Source: Thermoanaerobaculia bacterium
GTDB taxonomy: Bacteria; Acidobacteriota; Thermoanaerobaculia; Multivoradales; Multivoraceae
Length of the DNA: 64,000 bases
NCBI GenBank assembly: GCA_963666565.1
Contig: OY762911.1
Coordinates: 3,648,001-3,712,000, forward strand
Direction of reading: 5' to 3'
Position numbers and translations under genes: made by a program. Position 1 is the first letter of the stretch, and every line of letters starts with the position of its first letter. Of the stretch, positions 56,472 through 64,000 are shown piece by piece. The notes beneath the pieces were generated by a model. That model ran no database searches. It saw only the letters and a program-made list of their open reading frames with translations, and was not told where the DNA came from.

Positions 56472-59400
56472 GTGACTTCCAACGGCAGCAACCACGGCGA
56501 GCGGCCCGGGCCGATCGCTTACATGGCGAGCAACGGCGTCGCCGCCAACCTGTTGATGTGGGCGATCATCGCCGCGGGCGTCGTGTCGCTGACCGGCCTC
56601 CAGAGGGAAGCGTGGCCGGAGGTGCCGTTCTTCCAGATCGAGATCTCGATGGCCTACCCCGGCGCCACGCCGGAGGAGGTCGAGGAGTCGATCGTCGTCA
56701 AGATCGAGGACGAGGTCAGCGGCCTGGAGGACGTCAAGTCGGTCAAGTCGGTGGCGGCGCCGGGGATGGCTTCCGTCCGGGTCGAGGTGAAATCGGGCAC
56801 CGACATGGGGCGGGCGATGGACGAGATCGAGTCCGCCGTCGGCCGCATCCAGTCGTTCCCGGGCGAAGCCGAGCGCCCGCAGTTCCGGGAGATGACGAAC
56901 CTCCAGAGCATGATCCGGCTCATCGTCCACGGCGACGTCTCGGAGCGCTCGCTGAAGGAGCTGGCGCACCGGGTCGAGGACGAGCTCACGTCCCTCTCCG
57001 GCGTGTCCCAAGTCGAGATCAGCGGGGTGCGGAACTACGAGATCTCCATCGAGGTCCCGCTGCGGCAGCTTCGCGCCCTCGGACTCACCCTGGGCGACGT
57101 GGCGAGCGCGGTGCGCCGCAGTTCGCTGGACCTGTCCGCGGGCAGCATCGACACGCAGGAGTCGCAGGTGCGGGTTCGCACCCTCGGCCAGCGCTACGAC
57201 CAGCAGGAGTTCGAGGACATCATCGTCCTCAGCCGCGCCGACGGCACGGTGGTGCGGCTGGGCGACATCGCCGAGGTCCGCGACGACTTCCAGGACATCG
57301 ACCTGATCGTCCGCCACCAGAACCACCCCGCGGTCTTCGTCGAGATCTACCGCGCCGACGACGAGCAGGTCATGAGCGTCGCCAACGCCGTCCGCGAGCA
57401 CCTGGCGAACGAGATCGTCCCCTCCCTGCCCGACGGCGTCGGCGTCACCATCTGGAACGACGAGTCGCAGGTCTACGAGGAGCGCGCCGGCCTCCTCGTC
57501 AAGAACGGCCTTCTCGGGCTGCTGCTGGTGCTCATCGCTCTGGGCCTGTTCCTCGAGCTCCGGCTCGCGATCTGGGTCGCCGTCGGGCTCCTCATCGCGG
57601 GCATCGGCGCGCTGGCCGCGATGTTCATGCTGGACCTGGCAATCAACACGATCTCCCTGTTCTCCTTCGTCCTCGCCATCGGCATCGTCGTCGACGACGC
57701 GATCGTCGTCGCCGACAACATCCACGCGGAACGGAGACGAGGCACGCCGGGCGTCGCGGCCGCCATCCGCGGCACCCGGCGGATCGTGGTGCCGCTGACC
57801 TTCGCCGTCCTGACGTCCGTGGCGGCGTTCGTTCCCCTGCTCTTCATACCCGGCGGAATCGGCGAGATCTGGAGCGCCTTGCCGGTCATCCTCATCGCGA
57901 TGCTGCTGGTCTCGCTCGTCGAGTCGGTCTTCGTGCTGCCCAACCACCTGTCGCACCTGCGGGACCCGGCAAGCCCGCCGTCGAACGCCGTCGAGCGGTT
58001 CATCCGGCGGATTCAGGGCCGGGTGGATTTCGCGCTGAACCGGTTCGTGCAGGGCCCACTCGACAAGGGGCTCAAGTTCGCGACCGACCAGCCCGCCGTG
58101 ACGATGGCGGCGGCCGTCGGACTGCTCATCCTGAGTTTCTCCCTGGTGGCGGCGGGGATCGTTCCGACGACGTTCGCCGACACGATCGAGGGGGACTTCG
58201 CCACGGCCAGCCTCGAGATGCCGGACGGCACGACGGCCGAACGGACGTACGAAGTCGCGCGGGAACTGGAGGCGGCGGGCCACCGCGTGATCGAGCGGCT
58301 TTCGCGCGACCGGCCGCCGGACGCGCCGCCGCTGCTTTCGGGCGTCACCGTAACCGTCGGTCAGAGGCCGCGGGTCGAGGGCGGCGGCCTCAACCCGGAG
58401 CCCAGCCTGAACCCGGAGGCGAACGTCGCCACGATCGACTTCAAGCTGGTGGGCGCGCAGGAACGGGAGATCTCGAGCGGCGAGGTCGTGCAGGCGTGGC
58501 GCGAGGAGGTCGGCATGCTGCCCTACGTGCGCGGCATCACGTTCAGCGGCGAGGTGCTCGACCTCGGCAGCCCGGTCGCGGCGGTGCTCTCCCACCCGGA
58601 ACCGGACAAGCTCGTCGAGGCCGCCGAGACCGTGGTGAACGGCCTTCAGCGACTGGGCGGCGTGTTCGACATCCGATCGGACCACACGCCGGGCGTTCCC
58701 GAGATCCAGCTCGAACTCCGGCCCGAAGCGCGAACCCTCGGACTCACGCTCGACCAGTTGGCCGGACAGGCTCGCGACGCCTTCTTCGGTTCCGAGGCCC
58801 TGCGGGTGCAACGCGGCGGCGAGGAGGTTCGGGTCTACGTGCGGCTGCCCGCCGCGGAACGGAACGCCATCACGGACATCGAGGGGTACCTGCTCCGCAC
58901 GCCGAACGGGGCCGAGGTGCCGTTGTACCAGGTGGCCCGCCTGAACTCCGGCACCTCGCCGCCCGCCATCCGGCGCGAGGACGGTCAACGCGTCGTCACC
59001 GTCACTGCGGACGTGGACTCCACGGTGATCTCCGGCGGCGAGGCGAACGGAATCCTCGAAGACACGATTCTCGCCGAGCTCGTCGCCGCCGACCCCGAAC
59101 TGAGCTACAGCTTCGGGGGCGAACAGCAGCAGCAGATCGAGTCCCTGGACTCGCTGTACCGGGGGTTCGCGATCGCCCTCCTGCTGATCTTCGCGCTGCT
59201 GGCGATTCCGCTCCGTTCCTACACCAAGCCGTTCATCATCATGGCCGTCATCCCGTTCGGCTTCATCGGCGTGATCCTGGGCCACCTCATCCTGGGCATC
59301 GAGATGAGCGCGGTCTCCTTCATGGGGATCTTCGGCCTGAGCGGCGTCGTCGTGAACGACTCGCTCGTCATGATCGACCTTATCGACCGGAAGCTCAAGG

Positions 59401-59696
59401 AGGGCGCCCCCGCGCGGACCGCGATCGTCGAAGGCGCCAAGGGCCGGTTCCGCCCCATCATGCTGACCTCCGTGACCACCTTCCTCGGCTTCACGCCGCT
59501 CATCCTCGAGCCGGCTATCCAGGCCCAGTTCCTGGTGCCGTTCGCGGCGTCGCTGGGCTGCGGCATCGTCATCACGACGGCGATCCTGATGTTCGTCGTC
59601 CCGGCGCTGTCGTCCCTCCATCTGCACGTGACCGGCGGCCACCGCAGCGCCGCCGCAGCGCCGCCCGCCGAGGCGGCTACACAGCCCGCCGGCTAG
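56472..59696 (+). CDS. RND efflux permease, copy 2 (close paralogue of 51180-54383)
   Basis: GTG start VTSNGSNHGERPGPIAYMASNG; the same motifs and long stretches identical to copy 1. Confidence 0.95.
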   Translation: MTSNGSNHGERPGPIAYMASNGVAANLLMWAIIAAGVVSLTGLQREAWPEVPFFQIEISMAYPGATPEEVEESIVVKIEDEVSGLEDVKSVKSVAAPGMASVRVEVKSGTDMGRAMDEIESAVGRIQSFPGEAERPQFREMTNLQSMIRLIVHGDVSERSLKELAHRVEDELTSLSGVSQVEISGVRNYEISIEVPLRQLRALGLTLGDVASAVRRSSLDLSAGSIDTQESQVRVRTLGQRYDQQEFEDIIVLSRADGTVVRLGDIAEVRDDFQDIDLIVRHQNHPAVFVEIYRADDEQVMSVANAVREHLANEIVPSLPDGVGVTIWNDESQVYEERAGLLVKNGLLGLLLVLIALGLFLELRLAIWVAVGLLIAGIGALAAMFMLDLAINTISLFSFVLAIGIVVDDAIVVADNIHAERRRGTPGVAAAIRGTRRIVVPLTFAVLTSVAAFVPLLFIPGGIGEIWSALPVILIAMLLVSLVESVFVLPNHLSHLRDPASPPSNAVERFIRRIQGRVDFALNRFVQGPLDKGLKFATDQPAVTMAAAVGLLILSFSLVAAGIVPTTFADTIEGDFATASLEMPDGTTAERTYEVARELEAAGHRVIERLSRDRPPDAPPLLSGVTVTVGQRPRVEGGGLNPEPSLNPEANVATIDFKLVGAQEREISSGEVVQAWREEVGMLPYVRGITFSGEVLDLGSPVAAVLSHPEPDKLVEAAETVVNGLQRLGGVFDIRSDHTPGVPEIQLELRPEARTLGLTLDQLAGQARDAFFGSEALRVQRGGEEVRVYVRLPAAERNAITDIEGYLLRTPNGAEVPLYQVARLNSGTSPPAIRREDGQRVVTVTADVDSTVISGGEANGILEDTILAELVAADPELSYSFGGEQQQQIESLDSLYRGFAIALLLIFALLAIPLRSYTKPFIIMAVIPFGFIGVILGHLILGIEMSAVSFMGIFGLSGVVVNDSLVMIDLIDRKLKEGAPARTAIVEGAKGRFRPIMLTSVTTFLGFTPLILEPAIQAQFLVPFAASLGCGIVITTAILMFVVPALSSLHLHVTGGHRSAAAAPPAEAATQPAG

Positions 59697-61090
59697 CGCC
59701 TGGCCTTTCTCAACCTCCAGCCGTACATGATGCCGCCGTAGTGGTTGAAGGACGCCCGCGCCTCCGGGTCGTCGAAGGGGTAGTCCGCCCCGATCTGCCT
59801 GGCCGCGGCAAGGCCGGTGACGAAGCAGGTCTCCTGGCTGTTGATCAGCGTGTGGGCGCCGCAGTGCCAGGCGCCCTTCCTGCCCTGGATGAAGCGGAAC
59901 AGAGGCACGAGCAGCGCGACGTGGCGCACGTCGTGGACGACGTGCTGGAACCACCACCTCTTGACGATCTTGTTCTCGTCGATCCGGCTGACCGGGTTGT
60001 ACGTCACCAGGCAGGGCTTGTCGGACCCGTGGGCCCACGGCTGCTGGTTGTGCATGATGTACGTGATCTCGTAGTTGTCCGGCCGTGACCCGTACTGCTC
60101 GATGTGGTTGCTCCGGGTCTCCAGCGCCTTCACGTCGCTCTCGGGGAGCACCGACGCATCCGAGTGGACGATCGCGTGGTTGTGGAGCTCGCTCTCGTAG
60201 CGGATCGACGAGAGGATCCAGCGCTCGAGGAGCGACGGCTGGTCGAGGATCATCAGCGTCTGGTTCGCGTTGCAGGCGAAGATCACCTGGTCGAACGTCT
60301 CCTCTACCCCCTCCTCGTCCTTCACCACGACGCCGGAGGAGCGGCGATACACCTTCCGGACCGGCCGTTCGAGGTAGATCTTGTCCCGGAAGCCAGCCGA
60401 CAGGTTCTCGTAAATCCGGCGGGTTCCTCGGTCCCACGTCTGCATCGGCGTGGCGCGCTCGATGTCGAAGAACTCGAGGTACCTCGAGAAGAGCGACGCC
60501 GGCATGTCGAACACGTTCGTCGCCATCAGGAAGTTGACGAACATCGGCTTCAGGACCTTGTACCTGAAGTCGCCGGACAGGCCGTGCCAGTTGAGCAGCG
60601 TCCCCATGCTGACGTAGTTGTAGGGGTTGAGCGCGTTCAGGAGCTTCGACCGGGAACGGGTCAGCCGGCCGAACCGGTGAAGGCGCTTCAGGAGGCGCTG
60701 GAACTTCTCGATCTCGGCCTCAAGGTCCTCCCGGATGTCCGAGTCGAAGTCGTGGGCGTAGACTTGACCACGGTACTTGACGCTGTAGCTGAACCTGGTG
60801 TCGAGCAGCTCGATGCCGAACTCCTCCAGCAGCAGCAGGATGTGCCGGTACACCGACGGGATGCAGGCGGTGACGGAGATGTCGAACGGGATCGAACTGC
60901 CGTCTTCCTGCGGCATGTCGGCGGTGACCGCGTTGCCGCCGAGCTGAGCCTGGGCTTCGTACAGCCGGACGTCGAAGCGGTCCGGATGGCGGTGGAGCGC
61001 CCAAGCGGCGGCAAGGCCCGAGATGCCGCCGCCGACGATGGCGATCCGGCGCGGAGTCCGGCCCTCTCCATCTCCAGCAGCCCGTGACAT
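59693..61090 (-). CDS. FAD-dependent oxidoreductase (COG2907-like NAD/FAD-binding protein)
   Basis: IAIVGGGISGL..LYEAQAQLGGNA, FDQVIFAC, IVHSDASVLP, LVTYNP, IQGRKGAWHCGA. Confidence 0.85.
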   Translation of the reverse strand: MSRAAGDGEGRTPRRIAIVGGGISGLAAAWALHRHPDRFDVRLYEAQAQLGGNAVTADMPQEDGSSIPFDISVTACIPSVYRHILLLLEEFGIELLDTRFSYSVKYRGQVYAHDFDSDIREDLEAEIEKFQRLLKRLHRFGRLTRSRSKLLNALNPYNYVSMGTLLNWHGLSGDFRYKVLKPMFVNFLMATNVFDMPASLFSRYLEFFDIERATPMQTWDRGTRRIYENLSAGFRDKIYLERPVRKVYRRSSGVVVKDEEGVEETFDQVIFACNANQTLMILDQPSLLERWILSSIRYESELHNHAIVHSDASVLPESDVKALETRSNHIEQYGSRPDNYEITYIMHNQQPWAHGSDKPCLVTYNPVSRIDENKIVKRWWFQHVVHDVRHVALLVPLFRFIQGRKGAWHCGAHTLINSQETCFVTGLAAARQIGADYPFDDPEARASFNHYGGIMYGWRLRKARR

Positions 61091-61114
61091 CGCGTTCGCG
61101 CCCGCAACTGCCGC

Positions 61115-63118
61115 CTAGGCGGCGGATCCGAGAGGATGCCGGTGCCCGGTGACCCGGAACTTGAACTTCTTGTTGACGCTGTTCTTGGGGAAGGGACTCA
61201 GCTTCAATCGGTAGTCGCGCGGCACCATCTCCAGTTCCAGGTGGCGGGCGAGCATGAGCACGTTCATGACCATCTGCAGACGGGTCCAGTTCGCCCCGCC
61301 GCATACGTGCGTGCCGACGCCGAACGGCATGTAGATGCCCGCGCCCTTGTGTTCGTTGCGCGGTTCCACGTAGCGGTCGATATCGAACTCCTGCGGTTCC
61401 GGGAAGTACCTCTCCATGTGGTGGGGCGCTGAGAAGGAGAGCATCACGGTGCTGCCGGCGGGTACCTCGATGCCCCCGATCTCGAAGGAGTTCATGGCGG
61501 TCCGCAGGTGTACTGGAACGACCTCGTGGAGCCGCAGCACTTCCATGACGAAACGGCGCGACGCATCGGTCGCGTCCGGCGTCAGGTCGGCCGCGGTCGG
61601 GTCTCCGCCCGCGAACAGCGCGTCCGCTTCGGCCACGATCCGCTCGTGGCAGCCGGGGTTCGCCAGCATCTCGTAGATGGAGAAGGCCACCGCGCTGCCC
61701 GTGTAGTGACCGGCGATGATCGGGGCGATCAACGCGAAGCCCAGGTCGGTTTCGGGCAGATACTGCGGATCCGCCTGGTGCAGCTCCAGCAGATCGTCGA
61801 CCAGGTCCCGGCGCCTTCCCGCGCGCTGCGCCTCGCTGTGGCTTGCGTGGATCAGGCCGTAGAGATCCAGCACGCGCTTCTTGCGGCGCTTCATCGCCGG
61901 AGTGCGCAGCGTGAACCTGGGCATCAGGCCCACCGTATGGACCATGAGCGCCCGGTACTCGAAGAGCAGCAGATCGTCGAGCAGCTCCTGAGAGGGATCG
62001 AAGCTCACGCTCAGCCTGGCGATCTGCGCTCCGACCAGCCGCTGGCAGGTCATCTCGACGGGAAGCGCCTTGCCCACTTCCCACTCCCTGAAGGAGGCCC
62101 GGCAAAGCTCCACGAGTTCTCCCAGCCGGTCTTCGACGACCTTGCGGGAGTTGCCGGCGCGAACCGCCCGGCGCATGCGAAAGTGGTCCGCCCCGTCCAT
62201 GCTGGCGATGGACCGCGCGGTCCCCCACTCCTGCTGGAAGTCCTCCAGGTAGTCGCGTGTCCGGAGGTGGAGGCGGCCCTTCTTCGCTACCCACCGGTTC
62301 ACCTCGACCCCGGCGAGCACGATGAGCCGCCTGCCCGGCAGCTTCCACTCGAAGACCGGTCCGACCTCCTCGGCCGTCTCCGCGAAGAACCTGGGCAGGT
62401 TCGCGGCACGGAAGGCCTTCGAGGCGAGAGAGTCCCTGAGCCCCACCGTCGGCATGGGCCGACGGCGGGCCGAGCGCATGCTGGCCGGCGGACGATAGGA
62501 ACTGCGCACTGCGGGACCGATCGCCCTGCCGATCAGATCCATGTTGCTGTAGAGCTCGATGAGCTCCTCGGCGGCCTCGTACTCCTCCGGCTCCATCATG
62601 GCCTTGAAGCCGTCGCAGTAGTGGACGAGGCCGATGATCACGATGTCCCTGGGGTCGGGGAACTCGTTGTCCAGGAGGATGCGGAAGATGCGGCCCTTGA
62701 TCTCCTCGCCCGCCCAGCCGTCCACCAGGGGATAGCGGCCGGTACGGGTCACCTTCTTCGAGAGGGACCAGAAACCGCCGGCATCGGACTCGAAGATGCC
62801 CTTCTCGACCAGCCTCTCGATCGCGTCGTCGCTGATCTGGTCGGCGCGCTGGGCGAGCCGCTCCACCCAGTACTGCGGCGGATGCACCTCTTCCTCGCTC
62901 GCAAGGTCCTCCAGCGAAGGATCGAGCAGGCCGTCGCCCGTAGGCGTCGTATCGACGACGGTCAGCGTCTCCAGGTCCGAGTCGATCCGGTCCTCCATGG
63001 CGAGGTCCATGAGCACGGCCCCCGCCAGGGCGCACGACATCCGCCACTCGGGAATCGGCACGAAGTACCCGGTGTCCTGGCTGTGGAGCAACAGAAGAAG
63101 CTGTTCGGCGAATCTCAT
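61115..63118 (-). CDS. GPP34 domain fused to cytochrome P450, copy 2
   Basis: FAEQLLLLL..LAGAVLMDLAMEDRID..PTGDGLLD..LVEKGIF..RYP..PDPRD; EVLR, FDIDRY, YMPFGVGTHVCGG. Confidence 0.88.
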   Translation of the reverse strand: MRFAEQLLLLLHSQDTGYFVPIPEWRMSCALAGAVLMDLAMEDRIDSDLETLTVVDTTPTGDGLLDPSLEDLASEEEVHPPQYWVERLAQRADQISDDAIERLVEKGIFESDAGGFWSLSKKVTRTGRYPLVDGWAGEEIKGRIFRILLDNEFPDPRDIVIIGLVHYCDGFKAMMEPEEYEAAEELIELYSNMDLIGRAIGPAVRSSYRPPASMRSARRRPMPTVGLRDSLASKAFRAANLPRFFAETAEEVGPVFEWKLPGRRLIVLAGVEVNRWVAKKGRLHLRTRDYLEDFQQEWGTARSIASMDGADHFRMRRAVRAGNSRKVVEDRLGELVELCRASFREWEVGKALPVEMTCQRLVGAQIARLSVSFDPSQELLDDLLLFEYRALMVHTVGLMPRFTLRTPAMKRRKKRVLDLYGLIHASHSEAQRAGRRRDLVDDLLELHQADPQYLPETDLGFALIAPIIAGHYTGSAVAFSIYEMLANPGCHERIVAEADALFAGGDPTAADLTPDATDASRRFVMEVLRLHEVVPVHLRTAMNSFEIGGIEVPAGSTVMLSFSAPHHMERYFPEPQEFDIDRYVEPRNEHKGAGIYMPFGVGTHVCGGANWTRLQMVMNVLMLARHLELEMVPRDYRLKLSPFPKNSVNKKFKFRVTGHRHPLGSAA

Positions 63119-63161
63119 CTCGACGCTTGTCCGGTGCGGCGCCCGGCAGAATCTCCTTGCC

Positions 63162-64000
63162 TCAGATGGCCCGCAACTTCGGCCGGCGCTCCGCCTCGAG
63201 TTCCGGATAGAACTGACGGCAATACTGGCGGTACTTCCCGATGGGGCCGTCGGCGCGGCACAGGCGTGGCGGAGACTTGTACCGCTTCCGCTCCCAGATG
63301 ACGATGTCCTCCTTCACGTAGCGCTTCTCCTGCCAGTTCGCGAACCAGTTCAGCAGCGGATGGCGCGCGCCCGTGGGCAGGAAGCGCAGCCCGGCGACGA
63401 AGTGCTTCGGCTTGCCGAGCCTGCGCACCTGGCTGACCAGCCTCATCTCGCAGAGCGTCCCGTCGACCGGCGTGGCCAGGACCCACAGCCTTGAGTCCAT
63501 CCCGATCGTCTTGTCGTGGAACTCGACCAAGGAGTACCCCAGCCCGTGGATGTGGGTGTCGGCCGAGACGCGGTTGACCAGGTATGTCAGCCCCATGACC
63601 TTCTGCACGGCCGTGAAGTCGAAGCGGCTCCTGAGGTACGCCCCGTCGACCGAGACGGAGCCGACCGGCCGCACGTCGTCGTAGCCGTGCGTGTAGCCCA
63701 GGTGTTCCACGTCCACGGAGTTCTCCGTCGTCTCCTGCGGATGGCCCCGGAACCGCAGGGTGCAGGACCGCAACTCGCTCCACTCGGCGCCGGCGGGCGG
63801 TTCGTCCGGCAGATGCCACTGCGACGAGCGACCGCCGGCGCCCCACCAGGCGAAGATCATGCCGAGGATCTCCGTCGTCTCGTAGGTCTGGAGCCTCGCG
63901 CCGCTGGGCGGCGGCGCATGCGGGGTCGCCACGCACCGGCCGGTCGCGTCGAACTCGAAGCCGTGGAACGGGCAGACCAGACAGCCGTCGCGGACCTTGC
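63162..64000 (-). CDS. Rieske [2Fe-2S] oxygenase, Neverland/DAF-36/KshA-like (5' end outside window)
   Basis: VCPFHGFEFD at the window edge; ENSVDVEHLGYTH iron motif; EDIVIWERKRY..LCRADGPIGKYRQYCRQFY C-terminus. Confidence 0.88.
   Translation of the reverse strand, partial: KVRDGCLVCPFHGFEFDATGRCVATPHAPPPSGARLQTYETTEILGMIFAWWGAGGRSSQWHLPDEPPAGAEWSELRSCTLRFRGHPQETTENSVDVEHLGYTHGYDDVRPVGSVSVDGAYLRSRFDFTAVQKVMGLTYLVNRVSADTHIHGLGYSLVEFHDKTIGMDSRLWVLATPVDGTLCEMRLVSQVRRLGKPKHFVAGLRFLPTGARHPLLNWFANWQEKRYVKEDIVIWERKRYKSPPRLCRADGPIGKYRQYCRQFYPELEAERRPKLRAI

Noticed and set aside
55722-60437. 1558-aa minus-strand ORF and the 250-aa N-extension of the RND-2 ORF
   Set aside because: Shadow of RND-2; only the last 132 aa (VapC) look real. 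The RND-2 start is set by comparison with RND-1.
1-64000. CRISPR arrays, tRNA/rRNA, integrase/transposase, prophage
   Set aside because: No spaced repeat arrays, RNA-gene signatures or mobile-element proteins were seen. Short or diverged ncRNAs could be missed by eye.

Overview
This is a high-GC (roughly 70% by eye) bacterial chromosomal window. The gene mix suggests Acidobacteriota or a similar marine or host-associated lineage, but that is inference only. About 40 CDS are present; I found no rRNA, tRNA, CRISPR array or transposase. Ordinary metabolic and transport genes (MacAB-like exporter, galM, class I fumarase, M24 peptidase, NatAB-like ABC, LemA-M48, carboxyltransferase, CoA-transferase III) alternate with accessory modules. 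Four modules stand out. (1) 6.4-9.3 kb: a JmjC/ROX oxygenase divergent from a tiny Tat-type lipopeptide with two TDSD motifs, followed by a PepSY-TM membrane protein; this is a candidate ribosomally made, Asp-hydroxylated metal-binding peptide system. (2) 21.9-29.8 kb: a two-gene defence candidate, a large N6-MTase with an apparently dead nuclease fold plus a PLD-SNF2 helicase. (3) 45.7-47.9 kb: an NspV-like type II RM system whose endonuclease has a single in-frame amber codon. (4) 48-64 kb: a partly duplicated lipid/sterol-tailoring region with two GPP34(GOLPH3)-cytochrome P450 fusions plus a remnant of a third, a Neverland/KshA-like Rieske oxygenase, a COG2907-like FAD enzyme, two adaptor-less RND paralogues and an alpha/beta hydrolase. 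Several genes have lost their middles by internal deletion, and toxin-antitoxin remnants recur. All family calls come from motif recognition, not database searches.
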